This document shows positions 21,068 through 32,465 of a stretch of 64,000 nt of DNA, piece after piece (the first letter of the stretch is position 1; each line of letters begins with the position of its first letter). Both the position numbers and the translations under genes were made by a program. The notes under the pieces are model-generated. The model was not told the DNA's origin and did not search any database. It saw nothing but the letters and a program-made list of their open reading frames with translations. The DNA is from an uncultured Actinomycetota bacterium (GTDB taxonomy: Bacteria > Actinomycetota > Thermoleophilia > RBG-16-64-13), in contig CAVRJE010000020.1 of the NCBI GenBank assembly GCA_963721365.1, positions 6,173 to 70,172 on the forward strand, written 5' to 3'.

Positions 21068-21093
21068 GTTTCGGCAGCACCCGACATGGGCAC
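21068..21093 (+). promoter_or_regulatory. Putative SigB/SigF-type promoter (GTTT-N16-GGGCAC)
   Basis: gttt-cggcagcacccgacat-gggcac, intergenic, upstream of the DUF1269-like genes. Confidence 0.5.
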
Positions 21094-21223
21094 TCGTCAG
21101 AGACGCGGACAGCTACCCAAAGGGAGGCAAGACAGGCTAATCCAATCGCGCGCTCCGGACATTCTGGTTTCACTGCGCTGATCGAGCCCCCGACAGCGCC
21201 CCGCAATAACCGAAGGAGGAACT

Positions 21224-21776
21224 ATGGCTATCGGACCGGTTCAACTGCTGGTGTTCGGATTCAGAGTCCCCGGAATTCAGAGGCGAGGCTCTCGACGAAC
21301 TCGCGCGGCTCCGGGAGAGCAACGCGGTTAGGGTCATCGACGCGCTTGCGCTTTACAAGGACCCCGAGGGCGTGATGAACGTGATTCGGCTGAGCAACCT
21401 GACCGAAGATGAGTCCGTGGAGTTCGGCGCCAAGGTGGGCGCACTCATCGGCCTCGGCGCGGCCGGTGAGGAAGGCTTCGTCGCCGGGGCCGAGTTGGGC
21501 GCTCAGGCCGGCGAAGAGGGCATCGAGATCTTCTCCGACCAAACAGCCGCCGATATCCTCGAGGATATCCCCAACGACTCGGCGGTGGCCCTGATGCTTA
21601 TCGAGCACCACTGGGCGATACCTCTCCGGAACGCGATATGGCGTGCCGGTGGCTTCAACATCGCGAGCGACTTCATCAGGCCGCGGGACCTCATAGCGAT
21701 CGGTCTTGTCACCCGTGAAGAGGCAGACGAGTTGGCCGCGCTCGAGATGGCTGCTGAGGAAGGCGACGAGGACTAG
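21224..21776 (+). CDS. DUF1269/DUF6325-like protein (frameshift near 21263)
   Basis: AAGGAGG + MAIGPVQLLVFGF, continuing in the shifted frame as ESPEFRGEALDELARLRE...IEHHWAIPLR. Confidence 0.75.
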
Positions 21777-21840
21777 GCAGAGGCTTGACAAATAGAAAGT
21801 GAGGCTCCCGGCCGGGGCGTGCGGGAGGAAAGGATCCACA

Positions 21841-22354
21841 ATGGCAGACAACAAAGACAATGAAGTGACCTTCGTGTACGCGGGCGCCTATGACTCTCTC
21901 GACGACGCCGAGCTTGACTTCACCACGCATAAAGGACCTGCACAAGGAGAAATGGGTGGGCAAATACGAAGCCTCCCTGTTTACCAAGCAGGACGACGGA
22001 TCGGTGAAGATCATCGACACCGACGCCACCTCGCGCAGCAAAGGCCTGAAGATAGGGGCCGCTGCGGGAGCCGTGGTAGGCATCCTCTTCCCGCCCTCTC
22101 TTATCGTGGGTGCGATCGCCGGCGGGGGCATCGGGCTTGCGGCGGGGCACTTCTCCCGGGGCCTCAAGCGGAGTGACATCAAAGATCTGGGCGAGTTGCT
22201 CGACGAGGGCCAGGCGGGGATCGTCTTCGTAGGGGTGGCCACCCCCGATCAGGGCATCGACCGCTACATGCAGCACGCCGCGAAGACCATGAAGAAGCAG
22301 GTGGACGCCGACGCCGAAGAGATGAAGAAGGCCATCGACCAGGCTGTCAAGTAG
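21841..22354 (+). CDS. DUF1269 family glycine-zipper membrane protein (frameshift near 21925)
   Basis: MADNKDNEVTFVYAGAYDSLDDAELDF joins 'GAAAGAVVGILFPPSLIVGAIAGGGIG...HFSRGL.RSDIKDLGELLDEGQA'. Confidence 0.75.
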
Positions 22355-22501
22355 CCTGTCAAGGTCGTCACCGTTGACCTCGAGGGCGAGGCAGCGGTCG
22401 CGGGAATGCGGAGTAGTTGCTCCAGCCGTTCTCCGGAAAAGGCCGGCTGGGGCGCTACCCCGTCCGTGGAACTGCAAACAGACTGTCATGCGTAGGTACA
22501 T

Positions 22502-23182
22502 ATGGCCCGTAACTACAAGCTTCTGCCCAAGCAGCGCCTCGAGGCGTTCTCCGATGGCGTCCTTGCCATCGTCATCACGCTCTTAGTGCTCGAGCTCAAG
22601 GTCCCGGCCGACTCGACGAATCTGGGCGCCGCCTTGCTCGCTGAGTGGCGCATGTATCTCTCCTATCTGGTCAGCTTCGCCTTCGTCGGGGGGTGGTGGA
22701 TTGCGCACAGCAATCTCACCAGGTTCATGAGGTCGGGTAACGGGGCGTTCTTTCGACTGAATCTGGTCGGCCTTCTCTTCGTCTCGGTCATGCCTTTCAC
22801 GGCCGCCTTGGCAGGAGAGCACAGTGGCGACGCGGGCGCGCGAGTCGCGACCATCGTCTTCGGCGTCGACCTCCTGCTGGCCTCTGTCGCGCTCAGCGGG
22901 CTTGGGTTGTATCTCTCGGGCCACAAAGAAATGACAGAGGACGAGGTCGCCGAAGCTGACCTTCGCGCCTTCGTGCGGGGGCGGTGGTGGTCGGTGGGCC
23001 TGCTCGCCTTCGCCATCGCCATCGCCGTAGTCTCGCCGAGGGCCGCTGTCATGCTCTATCTTGCCTGCACGGTCCTCTTGATCGTTGAGCCGCTCGTGCC
23101 TCGGCGGTCACGGGGCCCGGCTGCCTCCGGAGAACACGGTGGGGACAAAGAGGAGCCTTCGCACGATGACCAGCCCGAGTAG
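22502..23182 (+). CDS. TMEM175 family potassium channel
   Basis: Signature 'RLEAFSDGVLAIVITLLVLEL'; 6 TM helices. Confidence 0.92.
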   Translation: MARNYKLLPKQRLEAFSDGVLAIVITLLVLELKVPADSTNLGAALLAEWRMYLSYLVSFAFVGGWWIAHSNLTRFMRSGNGAFFRLNLVGLLFVSVMPFTAALAGEHSGDAGARVATIVFGVDLLLASVALSGLGLYLSGHKEMTEDEVAEADLRAFVRGRWWSVGLLAFAIAIAVVSPRAAVMLYLACTVLLIVEPLVPRRSRGPAASGEHGGDKEEPSHDDQPE

Positions 23183-23330
23183 TGGACTGCGGGGCGGCCT
23201 GCTCCGTCCCGAGAGTTCGTTCAATAGGAGGTTCATCATGTGAGTGCGAAAAGCACCGGGCGCGGCAGCCCGCGAAGGCGAAATTGCTGTGATTCTCGTC
23301 GGTCGTAACATGAATGAAACGGAGGGATCT

Positions 23331-23774
23331 ATGAAGCAATTCTCGAAACGGTGGTTGGTCCTGCTTATGCTGATGGGCATCCTGCTGCTCAGCCTCACCG
23401 GATGCAGCCAAACCTGGGGTACCGGCAGCGTTATCTGGACCATGTGTATATTCTTCTTTTGGATGATCTACTTCTGGATCTTCATCACGGTCTTCGCCGA
23501 TATCTTTCGCCGGAATGACATCGGCGGTGGTGCCAAGGCCGGCTGGATCATCTTCCTGATCTTCATCCCGCTTATCGGACTTCTGGTCTACATGATCGCC
23601 CGGCCGAAGATGACCGAGCAGGACAGGCAACTGATGGAAGAGGCCGACGCAAAGCAGAAGCGTGCGGCCGGTTATTCGGCGGCCGACGAGATCGCCAAGG
23701 CTCAGGCGCTCCTTGATAGCGGCGCTGTTACCCAGGCGGAATTCGACGAAATGAAGCGGAAGGCCATGATCTAG
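23331..23774 (+). CDS. PLDc_N-like + SHOCT membrane protein (paralog of 3399-3842)
   Basis: Identical N-terminus MKQFSKRWLVLLMLMGILLL and highly similar throughout. Confidence 0.88.
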   Translation: MKQFSKRWLVLLMLMGILLLSLTGCSQTWGTGSVIWTMCIFFFWMIYFWIFITVFADIFRRNDIGGGAKAGWIIFLIFIPLIGLLVYMIARPKMTEQDRQLMEEADAKQKRAAGYSAADEIAKAQALLDSGAVTQAEFDEMKRKAMI

Positions 23775-23804
23775 CCTTGACTGACGAGACTTGAAGGGTC
23801 AGGC

Positions 23805-24108
23805 ATGTGCTGTCTTTACTCACGGTCATGGCCTTTGTTGGGCCGCGGGCCGCTCAAATCATTTGGTGGCTGACGAGCACGACGTTGTTCCATCGGATGT
23901 TCGCAGCCGCCTTCTGGCCGGTCTTCGGCGTAATCTTCGCGCCATGGACAACCTTGATGTACGCTCGCCTGGTGGGGTAGCACCCCCCGAGGGCCATTTC
24001 AGCGCGTGGGGTTACGTGATAGTCGTGATCGGGATCCTGCTCGACGTCTCGACATACGGTGGCGGTGTTTGGCGCAACCGCCAGCGGGTAGCGGGATACT
24101 CGGTCTAA
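23805..24108 (+). pseudogene. Frameshifted paralog of the small membrane protein at 3064-3366
   Basis: MCCL / TVMAFVGPRAAQIIWW...APWTTLMY / WGYVIVVIGILLD...GGGVWRNR, across shifted frames. It may be intact if the shifts are sequencing errors. Confidence 0.7.
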
Positions 24109-24136
24109 CAAGATCGAAGCATTTCGGATCGAACGA

Positions 24137-24172
24137 GCGCGAGGAGGCTGGCACGGGGCGGCCTCCTCGCGC
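24137..24172. terminator. GC-rich hairpin, probable terminator
   Basis: gcgcgaggaggc-N12-gcctcctcgcgc. Confidence 0.5.
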
Positions 24173-24379
24173 GAGAGAATAGGCGAGAGGCCCCCAGCCG
24201 TTCTAGGTACAAGCCCCTTGGTGAAATCGGACAGTGGCCAGGCGGCCGAGAGATGGACTAGGGCTAGAGTGGAAAGAAGATCCTCCGATTAGAGGAGCCA
24301 AACAATGAGGCCGATCAACCTGCCATCAAGAACTGGATGAGATAGTCCAAGAGCTCAAAGCGACGGAAAGGCGGGACCA

Positions 24380-25582
24380 GTGAGAGGCTCGGTTCGTCGC
24401 TGGCGCAACGGCTGGCAGTGGCGTGTTCGGACGCCAGAAGGCCGGTGGATCTCCAAGTCCGGTTACCGGCTGCAGGGCGAGGCCCAGGACGCCCTCACCA
24501 AGGAACTCGCCCGGATGGGCGAGGGCCGCTTCGTGGAGCCCGACAAGATAACGGTGGAGCAGTACATCGAGGGCGTCTGGCTGCCAGCCGTCAAGAACTC
24601 TGTGGGTCCCGCCCAGTACACGACCTACAAGACAATCCTCGAGCGGCACATCAAGAAGCACATCGGCGAGATCCGGCTGCAGAAGCTCAACGAGCCCCAG
24701 GTGATCCGGATGTACCGCGAACTCGAGAAGACCGGCCACCGCGCCAGCACCGACGAGGCGCCTCGAGGTCTAGCTGCCAAGTCGGTGATCCACGTCCATG
24801 CCATGCTGCACCGGGCACTGGACGATGCCGTGGAGTGGCGCTACGTGGTCCGCAACGTGGCCGAGAGCAAGAAGACCAAGCCGCCCAAGCCCAAGCGCAC
24901 GGCTGATCTCAAGGTTTGGACCTCGAACGAGCTGCAGACCTTCCTCGCGGCCGTCCACGGCGACCGGCTCTATCCGTTCTGGCGCTTTCTCGCCCTCACC
25001 GGGACGCGCCGCGGCGAAGCGATCGCGGTGGAGTGGTCCGACCTGGACCTCAAGGAAGGCGTCGTCTCGATCGCCAGGGCCCGCACCATCCACGGGACCT
25101 CGGCGCCGAAGACCGAGCGTAGCCGGCGCTCGATCGACCTGGACCCGCAGACGGTCTCCGTGCTGAAGGCCTGGCGCAAAGCGCAGCTCGAGGAGCGGGT
25201 CAAGTGGGGCGAGCACTGGACCGACACGGGGCTGGTGTTCACCCGCGAAGACGGCAAGGGCTATCACCCGGACGGCGTCACCGGGATCTTCGAACGGCTG
25301 CAGCGTCAGTACAACGACGCCAAGACCAAGGAGGCCGAGGAGAAGAAGAAGGCCGGCGACCTGAACGCCCGGCCGGAGCTCCTCCCCCGGCTCAGGCTGC
25401 ATGACCTTCGCCATACCCACGCCACCCTGCTGCTCGCCAGCGGCGTCAACGCCAAGATCGTCTCAGAGCGCCTCGGGCATGCCTCGGTGGCCTTCACCCT
25501 GACCGTCTACGCCCACGTTCTGCCCGGCCAGCAGAAGGAAGCGATCGGGCGCCTAGCGGCCCTGGTCGACAGCTCGGACTGA
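24380..25582 (+). CDS. int: Tyrosine recombinase/integrase (phage/ICE type)
   Basis: Catalytic set 'TGTRRGE', 'PKT', 'HDLRHTHA', 'RLGH', 'VYAH'; adjacent to a tRNA 3' end. Confidence 0.95.
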   Translation: MRGSVRRWRNGWQWRVRTPEGRWISKSGYRLQGEAQDALTKELARMGEGRFVEPDKITVEQYIEGVWLPAVKNSVGPAQYTTYKTILERHIKKHIGEIRLQKLNEPQVIRMYRELEKTGHRASTDEAPRGLAAKSVIHVHAMLHRALDDAVEWRYVVRNVAESKKTKPPKPKRTADLKVWTSNELQTFLAAVHGDRLYPFWRFLALTGTRRGEAIAVEWSDLDLKEGVVSIARARTIHGTSAPKTERSRRSIDLDPQTVSVLKAWRKAQLEERVKWGEHWTDTGLVFTREDGKGYHPDGVTGIFERLQRQYNDAKTKEAEEKKKAGDLNARPELLPRLRLHDLRHTHATLLLASGVNAKIVSERLGHASVAFTLTVYAHVLPGQQKEAIGRLAALVDSSD

Positions 25583-25588
25583 GTTTTG

Positions 25589-25608
25589 GTGGAACATTTG
25601 TGGAACAT
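25589..25608. repeat. 9-bp direct repeats, probable integrase arm-type sites
   Basis: gtggaacat-tt-gtggaacat (11-bp period) between int and the tRNA. Confidence 0.6.
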
Positions 25609-25638
25609 CACCCCAACGCGGCCTCTCCCTGGCAAAGA

Positions 25639-25664
25639 AAAAGGCCCGGAAATCCGGGCCTTTT
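25639..25664. terminator. Bidirectional intrinsic terminator between int and the tRNA
   Basis: aaaaggcccgga-aa-tccgggcctttt. Confidence 0.85.
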
Positions 25665-25667
25665 CTA

Positions 25668-25744
<77 letters not shown>

Positions 25745-25955
25745 CCGCTTGGAGACGGGAGTATAGCACAACTGCAGTTTGGGAAACTGTTGAGGCGGAG
25801 GCGGCCCTGCCTTCCTGATGGCTGCAGAACGGCTGCAGCGGCAGACCGTCGCGGGGGCGCCCGCACCACTCTGCGGGCCGCCTCCAACCACGCCGCGCAC
25901 CGGCTCGCACCACACGGCGCAAGGCGGGCTTCGCGGGTTGTTATACTGCTCTCTG

Positions 25956-28853
25956 ATGGATACTGACACGCCCCGCCGTCCGAGCGGGCAGCGACCACGG
26001 CTGCATACGGATAGCCACGCCTCGCGTCGCCGACTGATCGCCCTCATCGTGGCGATCGTGGTCGTCGTGATCCTCGCTCTTGTCATCTTCCTGCGCTACT
26101 ACGTCGACTGGCTCTGGTTCGGCGAGGTGGCTCTGCGCACGGTCTTCTGGAGGCGGATCACCACCGGCGTCGTCGTCGGGGTGGTCGCTGCCGTCGCCTT
26201 CTTCGCCATTGTGTACGGCAACGTCGAGATCGCCCGCCGGTTGGCCCCCAAGTACCGCCCCGTGGAGGGCGTGGACGTCCTCGAGCCGGTGAACGAGAAG
26301 GCCACGCGGCGGGTCCGGCAGGTGGGGCTCGTGCTCTCGCTCGTCGTCGCCGTCATCGTCGGATTCTCGGCCGCCGGTTCGTGGCTCACGTTCGCCCAAG
26401 CGCTCAACGCCGTCCCGTTCGGGGTCGAGGACCCCATCTTCCATCACGACCTGTCGTTCTACATCCTCGTCATGCCGGCCTGGCAGTCTGTCTACTGGTT
26501 CCTGTTCGCCTCGCTGATCGTCGCCCTGGTCGTGTCGGTGGTCGCGCATCTCCAGCTCGGCGGCGTGCAGGTGCAGCAGGGCCCCGTGAGCGAGGTCAGG
26601 GGACCGGAGCAGCAGCAGGATCCGATCAAGATGGCGCGTAGCGCGCTGCAGTTGGCCGGGGTGCGCATCGATCGCGGTACCGTGGCTCACGTCTCGGCGC
26701 TCCTCGGCGCGCTGTTCATCTTGGCGGGGGCGGGCTACCTGCTCAAGGCCTGGAACCTCCTCTATTCCACCTCCGGCGTGGTCTTCGGCGCCGGTTATAC
26801 CGACGTGCACGTGCGCCTGCCGCTCATCCGCGCGCTCATGGTGCTGGCTTTCCTGCTCGGCGCGGCGCTCATCTATAACGCCGTCCGGGGCCGGCGCAGG
26901 CTGTGGCCACCGCTGGCTATCGGCGTGTGGATCGTCGCCCTTATCGTCCTTCTGGCCGTCGTGCCGGCCATCTGGCAGGCGCTGGCGGTGAACCCGAACC
27001 AGCTTACAAAGGAAACTCCCTACATCGCCAACGACATCGCCGCCACCCGCGCGGCCTATAAGCTGACGGAGATCAGCGAGACCCCATACTCGCTGCAAGG
27101 CGATCTTTCGGCCGCCAAGCTCCAGGCCAACAACGTGACGATAAGCAACATCCGTCTCTGGGATCCGGAGGTGCTGCTCACGAGCTACGGCCAGCTCCAG
27201 GAACTCCGGCCGTACTACTCGTTCGGGAGCGTCAGCGTCGATCGCTACCTTGTCAACGGTGTCTATACCCAGACCATGCTCGCTCCGCGCGAGCTGCGCG
27301 TCTCGGGTCTGCCGGCCCAGGCGCAGACCTGGGTGAACCAGCACATCACGTACACGCACGGCTACGGGGTGACCGTGTCGGCGGTGAACCAGGTCGCCTC
27401 CGGCGGGTCTCCTGACTTTCTCGTCCAGGATGTCCCGCTGGTGTCGTCGACACCTGCTCTTGCCGTCACCGAGCCGCGCATCTACTACGGGCGCACCGGC
27501 ACCGACTACCTCCTGGTCAAGACCAAGGACCAGGAGTTCGACTACCCGGGCGCCGACGGCGACGTCTACACTACCTACACGGGCAGCGGCGGCATCCCCG
27601 TGGGCTCGTTCCTCAACAAGCTCGCTTTCGCGATGCGCTTCGGCAGTATCAAGTTCTTCACCTCGTCGGCTATCACAGATGAGAGCCGCATCATCATCAA
27701 GAACAAGATCACCGAGCGCCTGGCCGCGGCCGCGCCGTTCCTTCGGTTCGATGGCAACCCCTACATGGTGATCGCCGACGGCAAGCTCTACTGGATCGCC
27801 GACGCCTACACAACGACCGACCGCTACCCTTACTCGCAGCCGGACGGTGCTATCAACTACATCCGCAATTCGGTGAAGGTCGTCATCGACGCCTACAACG
27901 GCACGATGACCTTCTATACCTTTGACCCGAGTGACCCACTTATCCGCACCTACGAGAAGATCTTCCCCGACATGTTCAAGGCCCAGGCCGACATGCCGAC
28001 CGGCCTCAGCCAGCACGTGCGCTACCCCGAGGATTACTTCATGTCGCAGGCCCGGATGTTCGCCACCTATCACGTGACCGATCCCGCGGTGCTCTACAGC
28101 AAGGGCGACCAGTGGGAGATCCCCAGCAATGTCGCGATCTCCAGCGGAGCTCCCATGAGCCCCTACTACATGATCATGCGGCTGCCGGGCCAGACTCACG
28201 AGGAGTTCGTCCTCATCCTGCCGTACGTGCCCAACAGCCGCAGCAACATGATCGCCTGGCTCGGAGCCGAGTCCGACGCGCCGAACTACGGCAAGGCGGT
28301 GAGCTTCGAGTTCCCCTCCAGCTTGAGCGTCTACGGCCCGGCGCAGGTGGAGGCCGCCATCAACCAGGACCCGGCGATCTCGGCCCAGCGCACGCTCTGG
28401 GGCCAGGAGGGTTCGACCGTGATCTTCGGCAACCTGCTCACGGTGCCGATCGGCGACTCGCTCTTGTATGTGCAGCCGCTCTACCTGCAATCCAACCAGA
28501 CGGAGCTGCCGCAGATCCAGCGCATCATCGTCTTCTATCGGTCGCCGTCGGCGACCCCCAACCTGCCGTCGGGCCAGCAGCAGAACGTGGTGATGGCGCC
28601 CACTCTGGGTGAGGCGCTAGCGCAGATCTTCGGCGGTGCAGGGGCTCAGCCCGGGACGGGAACCACTCCGCCGCCCAGCACGGGGCCCACCAACCCCGCC
28701 GTGGCGCAATTGATCGCGCAGGCCACTGCGAAATACGCCGACGCGCAGGCGGCACTGCGTGCGGGCGACCTTGCCACTTTCGCTCAGGACATCGAGGCGC
28801 TCGGGAAGATACTCGATCAGCTCCGAGCGGCGACCGGGACAAGCGGGTCGTAA
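25956..28853 (+). CDS. UPF0182 family membrane protein
   Basis: 'YVDWLWF', 'DPIFHHDLSFY', 'GAGYTDVH', 'NIRLWDP', 'YTHGYG', 'NYIRNSVK', 'RYPED', 'GNLLTVP...LYVQPLYL'. Confidence 0.95.
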   Translation: MDTDTPRRPSGQRPRLHTDSHASRRRLIALIVAIVVVVILALVIFLRYYVDWLWFGEVALRTVFWRRITTGVVVGVVAAVAFFAIVYGNVEIARRLAPKYRPVEGVDVLEPVNEKATRRVRQVGLVLSLVVAVIVGFSAAGSWLTFAQALNAVPFGVEDPIFHHDLSFYILVMPAWQSVYWFLFASLIVALVVSVVAHLQLGGVQVQQGPVSEVRGPEQQQDPIKMARSALQLAGVRIDRGTVAHVSALLGALFILAGAGYLLKAWNLLYSTSGVVFGAGYTDVHVRLPLIRALMVLAFLLGAALIYNAVRGRRRLWPPLAIGVWIVALIVLLAVVPAIWQALAVNPNQLTKETPYIANDIAATRAAYKLTEISETPYSLQGDLSAAKLQANNVTISNIRLWDPEVLLTSYGQLQELRPYYSFGSVSVDRYLVNGVYTQTMLAPRELRVSGLPAQAQTWVNQHITYTHGYGVTVSAVNQVASGGSPDFLVQDVPLVSSTPALAVTEPRIYYGRTGTDYLLVKTKDQEFDYPGADGDVYTTYTGSGGIPVGSFLNKLAFAMRFGSIKFFTSSAITDESRIIIKNKITERLAAAAPFLRFDGNPYMVIADGKLYWIADAYTTTDRYPYSQPDGAINYIRNSVKVVIDAYNGTMTFYTFDPSDPLIRTYEKIFPDMFKAQADMPTGLSQHVRYPEDYFMSQARMFATYHVTDPAVLYSKGDQWEIPSNVAISSGAPMSPYYMIMRLPGQTHEEFVLILPYVPNSRSNMIAWLGAESDAPNYGKAVSFEFPSSLSVYGPAQVEAAINQDPAISAQRTLWGQEGSTVIFGNLLTVPIGDSLLYVQPLYLQSNQTELPQIQRIIVFYRSPSATPNLPSGQQQNVVMAPTLGEALAQIFGGAGAQPGTGTTPPPSTGPTNPAVAQLIAQATAKYADAQAALRAGDLATFAQDIEALGKILDQLRAATGTSGS

Positions 28854-29013
28854 GGACTCCTTTCGCTGCTCACCATCTGCGGTGACGGGCCCCTCTCTCG
28901 CTCACGTTCTTCACCCCGCGGCGGCAAGCTGCTCCGGCCCGCGGACCAACCCAAGCCAAAAGATTGACAGCTAGGCACGGCGCTTCTTGCGACGCTGGAC
29001 GGCGAGAATCGCA

Positions 29014-29040
29014 CAAGTCTTCGCCGCTCTCTGCCGATAC
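29014..29040 (+). promoter_or_regulatory. Putative sigma-28 (FliA/SigD/WhiG)-type promoter
   Basis: caag-N15-gccgatac, compared with the consensus TAAA-N15-GCCGATAA. Confidence 0.5.
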
Positions 29041-29076
29041 AAGGAGAGAAACCGGGGAAAGGTCGTGTTCGAGCTG

Positions 29077-30358
29077 ATGGGCCTGTTGCATCGTCTTAGA
29101 CGGCGGTTGATCCGCCCGGGAAGGCCTCTTGTTCCCGCGCCCGCCCGCCGGCGCGTCCCCCTCCCCACCCTGTTCGCGCTGGTGCTCGGCGCCGGCGTCT
29201 TCTGGTGTATAGCCGCGGCCCCCGCACTATGCGGTGCCGGCGACGGCGACCACCGGCTCGACCACCACCACCGTCTTCACCCTCAAGGGAGGAGTCAAGA
29301 TCCAGGTGGACGACCTCACCGCGCGGGCTCAGGCCGTGCAGGCCGAGATCGACGCCCTCGACGAGGAGTTTCTGCAGAAGACCGAGGAATACAACAGGTG
29401 CCTGGAGGACCTCGACAGCGCGAACGCCCGTATGTCGGAACTGCGGCGCATGGTCGCCGACGCCCAGGCCGACAAGGCCCGCCGGCAGGCAATGCTGGAC
29501 GAGCGGATCAGGTCCGTCTACAAATCCGGAGGGCGCGACCAGCTGCTGCAGCTCTTGCTGCTCGCCGACGGCATGGAGGACCTCTACAACCGGGTGCGCC
29601 TGGTTGCCACGCTCGCCGACCAGGACCAACGTCTGGTCTCCGACCTCAAAGACAGCACCACCCGGCTGGATCTGCTCCTGACCGCGGTCGACGATCAGAA
29701 GCGCCAGCAACTGGCCCTGCGTGAGGAAACGACCAATCGGGCCTTCGAGATCCAAGCGACGCTGGCCCAGCGCGGAAAGACGCTGGCCGGCCTCGACGCG
29801 AAGGTGAAGGCGGTCATCGAGCAGGAGCGCCAGCGCCAGAAGGAGGAGCAGGAGCGGCTCCAGCGGGAGCTCGAGGCAAGGCTTCAGGCAGCTCTGCTGG
29901 CCGCCCAGATCGCCGCCCAGAATCATGTCCTGAACGGCGGCCAGGTCTACCACGGCACTCTCCCTCAGACCGAGAACGAGATCCTCAACCAAGTCATCGA
30001 GACGGCCGCTTCTTACATGGGCATCCCCTACGTCTGGGGCGGCACCCGGCCGTCGGGCGGCATGGACTGCTCGGGCTTCGTGCGCTACGTATTCAAGCAG
30101 CACGGCGTCAACTTGCCGCACTACTCCGGCTATCAGGCTCAGCTGGGCATTCCCGTGGAGCTCGCGGACATACAGCCGGGTGACCTGGTGGCCTTCGGTT
30201 ACCCGGTGCACCACGTGGGCATCTACATCGGGGACGGTCTGTTCATCCACACGCCCGGCGACTACGTGAAGATCCAGAAGCTGAGCAGCCGCCACAATCT
30301 CTCCGCTATCCGGCGCTTTCCTCTGGAGTTGAGGACGGGGCCACCGCTGTTTGGGTAG
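29077..30358 (+). CDS. Secreted coiled-coil NlpC/P60 peptidoglycan endopeptidase (frameshift near 29230)
   Basis: Signal-peptide-like N-terminus in an upstream frame, a long coiled coil, 'GIPYVWGG...DCSGF' and 'HHVGIYIG'. Confidence 0.88.
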
Positions 30359-30435
30359 CGCCCCCATCGCTCGCCTGCGGCGGCATGAAGTTGAAGGCCG
30401 GCACTGTTCGCCCATTTTTCCGCTAGAATCGAGCC

Positions 30436-30744
30436 ATGCCACTACCAGCGATCATCCTGATCTGTGTGGGATGTGCCCTCATCCTCGGCGGGCTGGTGTA
30501 TGTCGCCATCAAGGCGGCCGCGCTCATCAAGGCCGCCCGAAAGGCAGGCATCAATAACATGGCCGACGTGCAGGAAGTGATCGGCCGGGTGCAGCGATTG
30601 GAGCCGCGCTTCCGCGAGCTGGAGAAGAACCAAGCGGCCCTGGCCGAGAGCCTGCAGAGACTCGCTGCCGAGGCCGAAGTGTTGAATTACCTGAGAGAAG
30701 AGTTGGACCGGTCTTCCGGCGGGCTCTGGAGCCTCAAGTCGTAG
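30436..30744 (+). CDS. Small membrane-anchored coiled-coil protein
   Basis: N-terminal TM helix; TAGAAT 6 nt before the ATG (leaderless-type). Confidence 0.6.
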   Translation: MPLPAIILICVGCALILGGLVYVAIKAAALIKAARKAGINNMADVQEVIGRVQRLEPRFRELEKNQAALAESLQRLAAEAEVLNYLREELDRSSGGLWSLKS

Positions 30745-30759
30745 GGGCCAATACGTGAA

Positions 30760-30789
30760 GGCGCCGGCCTCCGGGAGGAGGCCGGCGCC
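30760..30789. terminator. Hairpin between convergent genes
   Basis: ggcgccggcctcc-ggga-ggaggccggcgcc. Confidence 0.7.
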
Positions 30790-30800
30790 ACTTCTCGCCG

Positions 30801-30853
30801 CTAGACCGGCGCTACTGCTACACCGGCAGCACCTGTTAGACCGGCACTACCTC
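30801..30853. repeat. Three degenerate 17-18 bp tandem copies of the NifU gene's last codons and stop
   Basis: Minus strand: gaggtagtgccggtcTAA caggtgctgccggtgTAG cagtagcgccggtcTAG. Confidence 0.75.
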
Positions 30854-31060
30854 TTTGACCGCGGGGACCTGCTCCTTGAGCACCCGCTCGACGCCCATGC
30901 GCAGGGTCATCTGCGACATGGGGCAGCTACCGCATGCGCCCACGAGCCTGACCTTCACGGTGCCGGTATCTTCGTCCACGTCAACCAGTTCGACGTCGCC
31001 GCCGTCGTTCTGGAGGGCCGGACGGATGAGATCCAGTGCCTTTTCGACTTCTTCTTTCAC
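30836..31060 (-). CDS. NifU C-terminal (Nfu) Fe-S carrier protein
   Basis: '[15 protein letters not shown]' and '[13 protein letters not shown]'. Confidence 0.92.
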   Translation of the reverse strand: MKEEVEKALDLIRPALQNDGGDVELVDVDEDTGTVKVRLVGACGSCPMSQMTLRMGVERVLKEQVPAVKEVVPV

Positions 31061-31076
31061 CTGTTACTCCTTGCTT

Positions 31077-32258
<1,182 letters not shown>

Positions 32259-32276
32259 CGGGACTCCTTTCTTTTT

Positions 32277-32328
32277 AGGCTGCTGAAGAACGACGCCTCT
32301 GCGGCGAAGCGTCGTTCTTCAGCAGCCT
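32277..32328. repeat. Perfect 20-bp inverted repeat (REP/MITE-like) in the thiolase 5' region
   Basis: aggctgctgaagaacgacgc-N12-gcgtcgttcttcagcagcct. Confidence 0.8.
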
Positions 32329-32465
32329 CCTATGGGAGCGCCCTGCGTCGCGATGGTCCCCACGACACCGCTACAGCCGGCACGACCCCGGTACTGACAT
32401 GCGCTAGAGAAGATACCATTCCAGGGCCCTGTTGACCGCCGCGGGCCCTGGAATGGGCGGTGGCT

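Noticed and set aside
25941-28490. Long antisense ORFs (this one, also 47050-49617, 42313-44442 and 10119-12098)
   Set aside because: These are shadow frames of real high-GC genes, with no recognisable motifs.
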